DNA of 64,000 nt, from the NCBI GenBank assembly GCA_051294375.1, contig CM119263.1, positions 21,560,494-21,624,493 of the forward strand, in the 5' to 3' direction. The notes beneath the pieces were generated by a model. That model saw nothing but the letters and a program-made list of their open reading frames with translations. It made no database searches and was not told the origin of the DNA. Below, one piece after another: positions 1 to 11,900 of the stretch (positions are counted from its first letter, which is position 1; each line of letters starts with the position of its first letter). Both the position numbers and the translations under genes were made by a program. This DNA is from Paraspadella gotoi. Taxonomy: Eukaryota > Animalia > Chaetognatha.

Positions 1-249
1 ATCGCCACACTTTTGTAAAACTTTATCATAATTCATAATAATTTTTATTTAAAAAAAAACGGTAAGTCACAGCCAAACCTATAAAAGCGTAGTAGTTTTT
101 TATATATGAAAACAGCGTGACGGAGACGACGACGACGACGACGACTACGTCACAAAGAAGCAACCCTAAAACATTATAGCAAGCCTTGACCCGGCTTCGC
201 CGGTCAAGGCTCGATAAAAATTCTTTGAAACAATATACCATTTCATTAT

Positions 250-303
250 AGCTTATTTATTAAATGAATGGATAATTTTTATATTGGTTGTACCAATTTC
301 ATA
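250..303. repeat. Short dispersed repeat
   Basis: AGCTTATTTATTAAATGAATGGATAATTTTTATATTGGTTGTACCAATTTCATA is identical at ~37260-37313. Inverted degenerate copies lie at ~2806-2860 and ~17667-17690. Confidence 0.75.
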
Positions 304-898
304 AAAAGAGTAAATAATTAAAATTTTTACTTCAGTCGAAAGAGGTTATATGATTATTTTTTTTAAGAAACTTTCCGTAATTAGAGGAAGATCGGCTTAA
401 TTTTTTTTTTTTTTGCAAAAGCAAAACATTAAGCTTTGTCATCTCTTGTAGTAAATTTATAAATATAAAATATCAATTAATTATTATTTTATTACTTCTG
501 AAACTTTACTTCTGAAAGTTTTTAAAAAACGAGCTAATTAGAAAACTAAAAACAAGTTTTTAGATTCCAATAACCTGGGATTTTTGTTTTCAAACTTAAT
601 TCCTCCTGAAATTACTGTTCATAAAGTTAATAATTAAACAATTACGAAAAAAAAAGTTACAATAAGGCTTTATTTTCAAAATTTTTATAATTCAAATGCT
701 TTGATTCGACTTCAAAACTATTTATTTCTCTCGAAGGTAACGATGATAAACTAACCACTAAAAAAGATTCCCCTATAATTATAGTTTAGAAAATTTATGG
801 AATAATTTATATTATAAATATAATATATATATATAGATATATATATATATATTAAAGCGTAGCAAAAATATTGAAATCAAGTAGAATCTAAATTCGCA

Positions 899-1525
899 TA
901 CGCCCATATTTATACATGAACTAACCACTTCCGGTTTAAAACAGATCGAGAATTTTAACATTTGCATTTTAAAATCAAAAATATAAATATAACTTTATTA
1001 CCTAATTATTTTGTTTTTGTTTATAAATGAGGTCAAAAGGGTATAATTTTAAAAGGCTTAATTATAAAAAAATGCGCCTTTTTAAAAAAGAATCAGTTTT
1101 GACCCAAGTACTTAATCAATTTCAATGAAATTTTGTATGAATATATTATGTAGCTCTACAAATCAAACTGAAGCATTTTACAATAATTGAGAGGCATGGT
1201 GAGCAAAAGAAAAAGCAAAAGCACAATAAACATATAAAAAAATTACTAATTCGAGTTAAGACTTTTTTCCCACTGACTCACATTATTGTTTCATCAAAAT
1301 TAAAGTATTTTTATATTAATCAGAGAATAAGTCGTGATGAAAGTAATTAATATTTTTGATAATATATAATTTAGAATTTATAAAAAGAGGAGAAATAATC
1401 TGAAACTATATACAATTATCCAGAAAAAAACCTTAAAACTAAATATTTATCAGCTTAAAAACGTTTTATTTCTAAAAACAACAGCCAGCTTCAACCGGAA
1501 GTAGTTTACCACATAAAGTGGCGAT
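899..1525. mobile_element. Probable old MITE
   Basis: Imperfect inverted ends: ACTTCCGGTTTAAA at ~927-940 and TTCAACCGGAAGT at ~1491-1502. Confidence 0.4.
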
Positions 1526-1574
1526 GAAAATCCATAAATCAAAATCTGAGAATTTTTTTTAGGTGATATTCGGT

Positions 1575-1900
1575 TTTTTTAGTCGGATCTGCTTATCAGC
1601 AGATCCCGACTCTATAATTCACTTTGTCGGTCCGTCGGTCCGCCCCCTCAATATTGTCGGGCACTAATTTATATCATGTCAGAACATCGAATTATGATAA
1701 ATTATGCAAAAAAAATTATGTCCGTCTGTCTATCCGTCCGTCCGTCCATCCGTCAGTCCGTCCGTTCCACCTTAGCAAAAAACACCAATTACTCGTGATT
1801 GGATGGATGGATTTGAATGAAATTTTGTGTGTGGGAAGGGGAGTGTGTGATTGAGCTGGATATAAAGTTTTGATGGAATCGTCCGAGTGGACGCCGCGAG
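1575..1900 (+). mobile_element. DINE-1/HINE-like (Helentron-associated) non-autonomous element; further copies at 2876-3180
   Basis: T-run followed by the palindrome AGTCGGATCTGC..GCAGATCCCGACT, a (CCGT)n microsatellite, and an ATGAAATTTTGTGTGTGG block repeated at ~2940 and ~3090. Confidence 0.5.
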
Positions 1901-2175
1901 ACTCGAGATAATGTAATATTATTATCTCATTTTCATGAGATATATATTTTACAGCGTTTTATGTATGCTTTTAAAAATGGTAGCAGAATAACGCAAATTT
2001 TTTTAATTGATATTTTTCAACAACCTATTTTAACCATCGAATTTTATATTGTAATGTCAATTTACATTGTAAACCACAAAAACAATTCTTCAGATGGTAC
2101 AATTGACCAAACTTTCGAACCAATCAGGCGTTGCGTTATCCTCATCCTCGTGATTCCCGATTTCTCTCATCGAAG

Positions 2176-4027
2176 ATGGTCGAATCATCGGTGGTGCCTT
2201 CGGGATCTTCGGGGGCATTGGCGGCGCGCCAACAAACCTCGGTGCAGCACGCCGTTATCGAGACGAATGACGGTCGCAAGTTCGAGACCGGTATCATCAA
2301 TACCAAAATTACCGCGGTGACGGACGAAGGGATCGTGGAGAGGGAGGTCAACTGTACGAGAGATAGTCAGTTCTCAACCTCGGAGAATAGAGGTGTGCTT
2401 GCTCTCTCTTTCTCTTTATCTCTCTCTCTCTCTCTTTTTCTTTCTCTTTGTCTCTTGCTCTTTCGTTATAAACTTATGTGTCAAAAAATATTGGCGCACA
2501 TTTATTGAACTATGGTGGACTAAAATCCACCAACCGTTCATCAGCGGCCATTGGTGCAGGAGGCAAGTCATTCGCCTCCCAACCCAAAGGTCCGGGGTTC
2601 TAGCCCAGTGGTCGCCTACCAGTTAAGAGGGACGGGGCGCTTAACCCGCCTGTAACATGGTGTTACAGCCTGATCCGAAGCTCAGGGACTGCTTATATTG
2701 AACAGTTCTGTCACTGACATATAACAATAATTACTGTCTCTTCAGAACTCAATTAAAAAAATCTAAAAAGTTAAATAAAATGATGGTTAATCGGTGATTA
2801 CTGTTTATGAAACTGGTACAACCAATGTCCAAATTATTCATTCATTCAATAAATTAGCTCCCTTGCCCATGACTTCCGTCCGTCCCACCTTAGCAAAAAA
2901 CTCCAATAGCTCGTGATTGGATGGATGGATTGGAAGAGAAATTTTGTGTGTGGGTAGGGAAGCGTGTGATTGAGCTGGACATGAAGTTTCGATGGAATCG
3001 TCCGAGTGGAAATGAGTTTAAATGGAAAAAAAAATTATTTAACTATTTGAACGCCATTTACTCATGAGTGGATGGGGCGATTGACCTGAAATTTTGTATG
3101 TGGGTAGTAAAGTGTGTGATTAAGCTGGAAATGAAGTTTCGATGAAATCGTCCGAGTGGAAATGAGTTTAAATGGAAAAAACAAAAAACTTGTTTCACTA
3201 ATTGATTATGCTTCTTTTTCCTTTTATAATAATTGTAAATGCAAAATGTATTAATTAATCAAATAATTAATCAAATAATTAATTAGTTAATTAATCAATT
3301 AGTCAATTAATTAATCAATAATTAATTAATCAGTCAATTAATCAATCAAAACAAACATTTCGGATCAAATTAATTAATTGCCTAATCAATTAATTAATTA
3401 ACTTAAATTAATTAACTTTAATTAATTAATTAACTTTATTTAATTATTTCCTTAATTATTTAATTATTTCATTAATTAATTAATTAATAATTACCGATAA
3501 TGATCGTGATTGTTTGGTCAAACTTGTTCAAGAAATGTTTCAAATTCTACATTTCATCTTCTTCCAGCCTAACACGGTAACCATAATGACAAGATCTCCG
3601 CCGCCTCGCCCGTCCAACTACTTGTTCCTCGCCCTTTTCACGATAATCTGTTGCTGCTGGCCGCTTGGATGCGTCGCTCTCTGCCAGTCTCTGAGGTCAA
3701 CCTCGAATTACGACGAGGGTGAGTTCGATTCTTGATGGATCACTCTGAATTCTAATTGCCTTTTAAAACTTGGGCACCGGCGTGGATTTATTATCGGTTT
3801 AGCTTTCGGTCACGCTTTTTTGCAATCATGGCTATTGAAAGTGTGATATCATAGGGAGTTGAAATTTTTCTAATCATCAAGTTCTTTAAAATTGTCATGT
3901 TTCATATCTATTTTGAACTAAGTTTGGAGAGTTATTTCGTAACAATATCAATGTTCGTATTTGTTTATGTTTTATTTACAAAACAAAAACGTTTTAATTA
4001 TATGTCGCTTTCTCTATCTCTTTTAAT

Positions 4028-4083
<56 letters not shown>

Positions 4084-6369
4084 CGGCTCTCCCCCGCTCT
4101 CCCCCTCTCTCTCTCTCTCTTTTTTTTTTATTTTTTTTTTTACAAAAACATTTTTATATATATTGTGGGCTGAGCAATGTAAAAGACAATGCGGCAAGCA
4201 AGGCTACGTCCGGCGCCAAAGGTACTGCTGATTCTTTGACGAGTAAAAGGGCTGTGCAGCTTCTCTCTCTCTCTTTTAATTATTTTATAAAGCTCTCTCT
4301 CTCTCTTTTTCTCTGCAGCAGCTGTCCAGCGGCTCTCTCTCTCTTTTAATTATATGTCGCTCTCTCTCTCTCTCTCTCTTTTTTTCTTCTGAATAAGGGT
4401 AGCCCCTGTCAACGGGGTGAATCAAAAATTTTGAATGAGAACATGCTCAAACGAAAATTTAAATATTTTTAAGTATACTTTCAATGTACAAATAATTTCT
4501 TATATGTCTCTATACCCAAATATTTATTTTTTTAAAAGGATTTGGACACTATTCAGATTCGTCTAAAAATGAGTTCAGCTCTGCAGCGGCGGTCCAGCGG
4601 CTGTCCAGTAGGGTGGAGTGATGAAAAGAGCGATGGAACAATATTTTTTTGCTGCCTTTGTATATGTAATAAAAAATAATTAAGCCTTTTTTCAAAAAAA
4701 AATTGCATAACAGTATCATTATTTGAATTTTCTTTATAGTAATATCCTTATAAAATCATAAAATTTCAAAATCATATTTTTTTAATTTTAAAAACAGTTT
4801 TGGATTCGCCGGAAAAAACTGAAAAACTTTTGGAAAATATGTTACATGATATTTTTAGGTTAAAGCTGCGAAAAATGATTAAAAAGTTTCATCATATAAT
4901 AGTTTTTACTACAAAGTGTAAAAAAGTAGAGAATTTAACTTTTTTTTTCATTTTTGACGCTGAAGACATTGAAATTTTTAATAACATATTTTTTATTTTT
5001 GATCTAACTTTTTGTAAAGAATCAGAATCTTTAATAAAATTTTTTTTTAAAAATCTTTAATAAAAATTTTTTTAAAAAATTTTTGAAATTTTTTTGATCT
5101 TATAAGAATATTACTTAACAAAGTTTGGAAATATTTTTCGTCAACGATTTTATTTATTATACGGACATGTTTCGACTCTTCATTTCGAGTCTTCATCAGC
5201 GGTAATGATGCATTAACAAATTTGTGTAAAAGAATATTACTATAAATATATTGTAATTAATGATACTGTTCCCTAAACAATATAAGCAAAATATTTTTTG
5301 TTCTCCTTAATCATACTATCTCACGTTTAAATATCCTTGTTTGATCACTCAAATAAAATTTATGTTCCCCAGTGCTCCACTCTACTGTCCAGTTTCTCTC
5401 TACCTTTCTCTCTCTCTGATTATTTTTTTCCTTCTAAAAACTTTTATTTTCGCCATTTATTCCGCGCTTTTTTACGTGTATAAAAAAAATCAACATGACC
5501 CAATTTCACACGGCGGAAACGTTATGTGTATAAAAAAAATAAACTTGACCTAGATCACGGATAACGGATAACGGATAACGGATAACCAATATAAACGAGA
5601 GAGACCTAATAATGCGTCTCGTTTGCAGGAAAACTTTCGTTGTAAATAAAGTTCAATCGTCTTGACCTAGATATCACCACCGTCACTAGGCGACGAGTAA
5701 ACAAGTAAACTAGTTCCAGCTCTGCAACATCTGTCCATCTTCTTTTTCTCTCTCTATCTCTCTCTCTCTCTCTTTTTTTTTTTTTTTTACAAAAAAAAAA
5801 TTTTATTCACTTTTTTTCGCTTTTCTTTTGTGAATCAGCAGGGCGCGAACCCTAGTCCTTTGGATTGGGAGGAGCTCGCGCTACCTCCGGCGCTACCGGA
5901 CGAGTAAAGGGGCTGTTCAGCTTCTCTTTCTTTATTTCAATTATATGTCGCTCCCGGATTTTTTTATTAATTTTCTTTGATAGTGGGATCTGGCTCGATC
6001 ATGAGTCTTTTAAGATTTTTATTCTAGAGTTTTAATTTCTCATTGCAAGCAAACTAGATCGAAGTACTATATTCCGAAAATATATATATTCCGTACACAG
6101 CTTAGGAAAATATTGATGGCATAGTTAAAAAAATTTTCTGGGTTAATAAGGTAAGGCAAAGCAAGACTTTTCTTGATTAATAATGTATAAATAAATTAAA
6201 ATTGAAAGTAGTCGTTTTCAACTTTTTTATCTTTGCTATAGGCGACATCGACAATGCAAGGAGTTTGGGGAAATCTTCGAGGTGCTGGTCCTCATGTGGT
6301 ATTTTCTTTGGCCTCGTAATTTACATCGTTATTGTTGTTTCGTTTGCCACTCGCAACCTAAGCGATTGA
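2176..6369 (+). CDS. CD225/dispanin (IFITM/PRRT/SynDIG-like) membrane protein; 3 coding exons ~2176-2346, 3568-3718, 6242-6369
   Basis: Exons 2 and 3 join in phase 1 (G|gtgag ... tag|GC) and give PRPSNYLFLALFTIICCCWPLGCVALCQSLRSTSNYDEGDIDNARSLGKSSRCWSSCGIFFGLVIYIVIVVSF. This is the CD225 pattern: CC-x-PLG, GD-x-x-x-A and a second hydrophobic segment. Exon 1 (MVESSVVP...VERE) is phase-compatible but less certain. Confidence 0.85.
2544..2615 (+). promoter_or_regulatory. tRNA-derived (Gly-CCC-like) internal Pol III promoter inside the LTR; also at 17880-17951 and 54078-54149
   Basis: Acceptor-like stem GCGGCCA/TGGTCGC, A-box-like TGGTGC(A/C)GGAGG, loop CTCCCAA and B-box-like GGTTCTAGCCC. The anticodon stem is broken, so it is not a functional tRNA. 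Confidence 0.7.
2619..2692 (+). ncRNA. Twister-like ribozyme (type P5) in solo LTR; predicted cleavage at 2642/2643
   Basis: Same core as 17955-18028, with an 8-bp P3 (CTGTAACA/TGTTACAG). The only loss is the terminal P5 pair. Confidence 0.72.
3250..3492. repeat. (TAAT/TTAA)n low-complexity tract
   Basis: Directly visible degenerate tetranucleotide repeats. Confidence 0.8.
5156..5206 (-). ncRNA. Minimal type I hammerhead ribozyme, Penelope-like-element style
   Basis: Minus strand reads attaccg-CTGATGA-a-GACTC-gaaatgaa-GAGTC-GAAA-CATGTC-cgtataat: intact core, 5-bp stem II, palindromic ACATGT stem III and a GUC cleavage triplet. Confidence 0.7.
5837..5900 (-). mobile_element. tRNA-derived SINE-like head related to the LTR's tRNA module
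   Basis: Minus strand TAGCGCCGGAGGTAGCGCG..CCTCCCAATCCAAAGGAC..GGGTTCGCGCCC shares GCCGGAGG, CCTCCCAAxCCAAAGG and a B-box with the LTR. A related fragment lies at ~4201-4262. Confidence 0.5.
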
Positions 6370-8901
6370 TAGCAGTTTTAATTTCATTATCAATTGTAAG
6401 AAAATAAAATGATCAGTAATAATTAAAACGTTTTTTGATGAAATGGAGGAGAATAATGATAAATCTCACGCATCCAATTGTCTTATCAATAAATTACTCA
6501 TTTTGGTACCTTTGTAATTATTTTTGTTGAGTTTATTTTTTTTTTTTTTTTGTATTTTTCATACGTTTACAAATTTCTATACTGGTGGAATTTTATTTGT
6601 AAAGAAACTGTCCTTCATCCTAAAGTCTAAATCAAATATTTTTTGAGCCCCAAAATGCTGTGAAGATAAAACTTGAGTGTGTTGAAAAACTTGCTGTGGA
6701 GAAAATTGGGCTCATGCAATATTCAGCGACTATAGTAAAAGGGTTTTATTTATTGTGACATGTTAAATTTAACGCTCACCGGTTAATCATGAGAGTAACC
6801 GGTTGTAAGTGTAAAGTAAAGTGCAGATCCCACCTACGGATTGATGACGGTTGGGCTTTTCTCTCTAAAGAACGATATTTATTTACAGTCAAAAGTCGGT
6901 TGAGTTTCATTTAATGATAATTCATAAAAATAATATTGATTACTTTTCTTTTGTTCGGGATTTTTCACCGATAGCAAACATTTTTTATTTTATTAAAATG
7001 TGCGTGCCATAGAAGTATTAAAGGATCTAAAATTAATTTATTTTTCAAAATATAATATTAAAAGTAATATCATTCGCTCATAGAATTGTATATTAAGACA
7101 AAAATTGAAGAGATGGTGAGGTAAGAGATGCTGGCCTCGACTCTCCCGTGTGGATGTGTGATAGGCTCAAACGCAGAGTTTCTCGAAAATCGGATCCGGC
7201 GACTTGCTGCTGCGATTAAAGAGATAATAACCGGTCCGTCGTGCAAAAGGGGAATTGATGATGGAAAAGCCCTTTTATCGATTACGTTGTGTTAAAATGC
7301 ATAAATTACGTCAGCGCCCATTCATTTTCACCTACATAAACTTCGATCCCGGTTTCGGTTTCAGCCTAAACTCCGTGGACGGTAATATCGAAATATTGGT
7401 ACATTTCTGATTATTAGTATTTCGCATTGGTTATGAAGGTAAGTGTTAAAACTTTAAGTAAAGCGAAACGAAAGGGATATAATAATCTAATAGGGAAGTG
7501 TTAAGTGATTTAAAGGCATTTACCTTAAAGTTACATTTGCCTACAGTTGCCGGTTCGTCGGACGGTCGATCGGTCTGTCCACCGGGCGGTCTTCTCCAAG
7601 TCGTCTCCAAATCTTTTAGGATTTTATCTTTTTTAAGATTTTTTTCTTTTTTATCGTCGCCCCAGTTCGACCCACCGCGGATCGAAAACGCAGAACAAAA
7701 GAAACGGGAATTCGGGAAAAAGATTATCGACCGGCGAATTGACGGTTACGTGACACGTCGCTGCGAATAATACTTAGGCCGCCCGTGATTGTCGCCGCCG
7801 TCGTTGTCGCGTTCGTCATTGTCATATTTCTCATAGAAGTTTGATCTAAAATGATAAGCATTTAAAGAAGGGATTTCATATCGGATTAGGATTTTTTTTT
7901 TGCGGGGGGGGGTAAATACTTATCTATCGGTGAAGCAAGAGAAGCTTTTGACAAGTCAGGATAGCCCTATGTTTCTGAGGAAGAGGGTGCAAGGCCAAGG
8001 AAACATTAGCTATCTTTATTTTCAGAGAACGCGTCATTTCATCTTAAATTTGTTAATTTTTAGGTTTAAAGTTGAATTTTAATGTTAAAGTAAAAGATTA
8101 GATTAAAGATTATGTTAAAAATTCGGATTAAGGATTAGGTTAAAAATTAGGGTCAAGGATTAGGGTTAAAGACTTAAGGGTAAGGCGTGAGTATTAAAAA
8201 TTAAATATTTGAGTTAGGTCTAAGGATTAATTTAGGGTTAGGGATTAAAATTCTAAATTAAGCTTAAGAATTAGGTTATGAGTTAAAATTGAGTTCAGGT
8301 ATTAAGAAACAGAAATGGGCGCTTTAGGAAAAGAGAGCTCATAATCTCGCCTCAATATTCCATCGAGAGTAGTCGCAGATCAAATTTTAAAATAAAAACT
8401 ACCAAAATAATGCAGAGAAAGTCAACTAATTAGGTTACTGTAAGTTTTCTGAGGTAACATAGGTACTTAAATATTTTTAAATCAGAAATATTACCGTATT
8501 TTCTCTAAATTGGTTTTTATTTATAGATTTATTAATGTTAAAATAAATTGTGGATAAGGTTCATTTAGTACTTAATTTAGTAACTTTAAGACAATCGATT
8601 TTCTTCTCCATCATTTTCAAATAGTGTAAGGTAAAATTTAAAAAAATATTTTCGATATCCTTGTTGCAATTGATAAATATTAATATAAAATTTCAGACGA
8701 TTAAAAGATGCGATATCAGTGTTTCCGTAGTTGATGTCCGAACGGTTACGCGTCAATATCTTGCAAACGGTATTTTTTCCTTCTCGCGCGTGCACGTCAT
8801 TCTTGGAGGCGTAGAGATTTTTAATAATAGCTCTTCGTTTCTCATTTCTAGGTATTCTAAACATTTTCTTTCCTCTCAGTTTTTATCTTTTTTAACTTAA
8901 A

Positions 8902-11900
8902 ATGTCCGGATCGACTCCCGCGTCCGGCGCCGGAGAAGTCAACAACGAAGGATACGTGCGAGACGGCGTTGAGGACGAATACGAATCTTCACTGGAGAGA
9001 CGAGCGGAACGACAGAGAAAATGGTGAATCATTTCTCATGTGATAAATCACAATGCTGCCGTGGAAAAAGCTAAAGGAACTGCGATCGGGATCACTAATA
9101 GCCGGTCGAGTTATTTTGTGAAGCCACGCCACATTTTATTTTTTTTATTGTGGCAGGACATGAAGTAAATGATTTAATTTTTAAAACTAATGATGGAATA
9201 ATGATTTTATCACAATTCCAATGGAAGGTTGCAAGTATGTATTTATCACCCTAATTTTTTTTCAAAAATGACGTTCAATGATTGAGATATTGATTAGCAA
9301 CCTGTAAAGCCTTTTATTTTACAATACAGTCGCCGGTACGCGTTCTACGGGCTCGCCGGGGCGTTCGTCCTCGCTTTTATCATTGTCCTCGCGGTCACTC
9401 TCTCCCGACGAAAAGTGGTTAGTAGTAAGGAAAGTTTTTCATTTTTGAAATATTAAAAATTTATGATCATACCGATTAATTCGATTTAGCTTAGTCGGTT
9501 GGGTACAAATTTTCTTATTAACTGTATTGGTACTAAAAATTACTAATTTAAAGAGTTTAAATTTTGAAATAAGTATATTAACCAAAGGAAACTCGTTTTA
9601 CCCGTTTTACGCGGGATTAATAAAAAATCTGTCGAAGATTTGCGATTAAAAGATTAATAAGTGAAATAACGTTAACGGTTCACTATTTGGCTAATATTTT
9701 AGCGTTTAATTTGAGAAATGCTTTAAAGCTGATTCAAAAAATATTTTGTTAGCTAAGGTGTTGTGATATTCAATTATTTCGTCTTTAAAGAATTTCTTTT
9801 TCAATTGTGCCTGTATATTACATAATGAATTTCTTCACGCCGCACAGCCGGGTGGCTAGAAAGTCTTCTCTGCTCCACCCATCGTTTTCGGGTTCGCGCC
9901 CCGCGGTGGCCTAGTATAGTAAAATAGACGGGCGGGAGTACCCTCTGAGGGACTTAAAAATCATATATTTTAGTATAACCATTCATAACGTTGAATAATT
10001 TGCGCTAGCGGTAATTAAATTTGATAATTTTTAATTATTTTCTTAAAATTGTAAATAAACTCGTAAATTATAGATATGAACATATCAAATAGTTTCGGCT
10101 AACTTTTAAAAACAATGAAATTTAATAGCAATGACACAACCATCAGGAAGCTAACGTTTAACTCGTAATCAGGTAAGCTAAGCTCCACCCCCTAGGTATT
10201 TAAGCAGGTTTTCAGCTTTTCTACTTTATATCTATCTCGTCCGTTTTGAGATTGACACCGATGTTGCAAAACTTTTTCACAAATGTTGAATCGAAGTTTT
10301 TTCAATCTCGGCTTGATCGCTCTCAATGGATGTTGCAAAAAGCAATGTTCAAAAAAATTCGCCGGAAAACTGTTTTATGGAAAATACGGAAAAGACCCAG
10401 GATTTCTCGATAACATTTATGTAAAAGCGAAGTATAAAATAAATATTTTAAGTCTAATGAATTAGAATGTAGTATTTAGAACATTAGGTGCTATTTTGGA
10501 AATCAAAATCTAATTTTAAATTTTAAATATAAATTCGTTTTTTTTACGAGCCTTTGTCTATTAATCAAAGTATACAATATACATACTGAACTTGCTTCTT
10601 GTACTAATGTACAATGTCGCCGAGAAAAATAATTCCGAGTCTTAACGGGTTGGCAAGTTGTGGATTTATTTAACATGTTCTTTCGTAAAATTTACTTGTT
10701 AAGAAAATCAAAGGCATACATGTATTTGTGGACCTAACCAAAATGAAAGCTGCAGAACCTTACCCTTCAGCGCGATCCCAATGTCTGGGCGCCGGTTTTA
10801 TCCGACTCCGTCTTGGGCGTTTACGAAAATGCGGCAGTCGCATCGGATGGCATCACCTGCAGTAAAGTTGGAAGGTAAGTGTCGACTGGCAACATCATTT
10901 TTAAACGGCTTTATATATTTTGGAGAGTACCGTCTTCCTCAGATCATAAACCACAAGGAATAATATCTATTCAAAATGAAAAACATGATGCTACTATGTA
11001 AAAATTCTATTTTATAAACAACGATAATAAAAAGATAGGTTAAAACTGAGAGCAATTACAGGGTTCTATATTTTAAGAAGTTAATTTCCAAAAATTCAAG
11101 CTTTCGATATTTTTCTTCAGCGATTTCTTGAAGGCCGGCGGTTCAGCCGTCGATGCTATGATCGCGCTCGCTCTTTGCAATGGATTCAACAACATCCACT
11201 CCATGGGAATCGGAGGTAGGAATTAGTCAACAGGAGTAGATATGGGTCTCAAAGCGTGAAGGTGATGGTTTAACAACGAAAATTAATTTTTTCCCCCATT
11301 TTTTGATTTTGTGCTTAACAAAATTTTAAATTATTTATCCTCTGCCTCACCCCATCTAAGGTGGTTTCATAATGACCTACTACAACGCTACCACCAAAGA
11401 AGGTCACGTGATCGACGCCCGCGACTGCGCTCCCCTCAAAGCGACGTCGCACATGATCGTCAACGACACGAATCATTGGGCAGGTTGGGCTCACCACTTT
11501 GAAGGAGCAAGGGGGGAGCGGGCTGTAGTGTTTAAAGACAATAAAGACAACCCCAACATCCTCGTTTCGAAAGATTTACTTTTAACTATTTAATTTTAAA
11601 ATATCGTCAGGCCCGCTATCGATCGCCGTGCCTGGAGAGTTGCAAGGCTACTGGGAAGGTGAGATCGTCAATGTTGTTATTGTTAATTTTATGAAAGGTT
11701 TCTTAGAATTTTCATTCATTAACTTGTACAAAACTGCTTTTTTGTTTCTCTTTCAGCCCATCAAAGGTGGGGCCGTCTCCCGTGGGCGTCGCTGTTCGAA
11801 CCGGCGATCAGAATGGCGGAAGAAGGATGGAAGTTTAGCCGAGAATCCGCCCATTGGGTTCGTTACGTGATGCCCGTTATCAAAATAAGCAATTCAAACC

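Larger units (their letters stand above)
2511..2744 (+). mobile_element. Solo LTR of the twister/tRNA LTR element
   Basis: Full 234-bp unit TATGG...CTCTTCA flanked by TSD GAAC (2507-2510 and 2745-2748). Confidence 0.9.

Noticed and set aside
2511-2545. CTGATGA on the minus strand of the LTR, suggesting a hammerhead
   Set aside because: No stem II-GAAA follows in any copy, including the full-length element where it reads into the PPT.
2544-2615. Functional tRNA-Gly gene
   Set aside because: The anticodon stem does not pair, the T-loop register is shifted, and it is embedded in a repeat with TSDs.
2511-2744. Interpreting the 234-bp repeat as an ordinary SINE
   Set aside because: It has 33 nt of fixed sequence upstream of the tRNA part, no A-rich or simple-repeat tail, constant 4-bp TSDs, and a paired copy with PBS and PPT. 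These fit an LTR.
8080-8300. Telomere-like TTAGGG-type repeats (also ~15780-15860 and ~62770-62870)
   Set aside because: Highly degenerate and interstitial; no true telomeric array.
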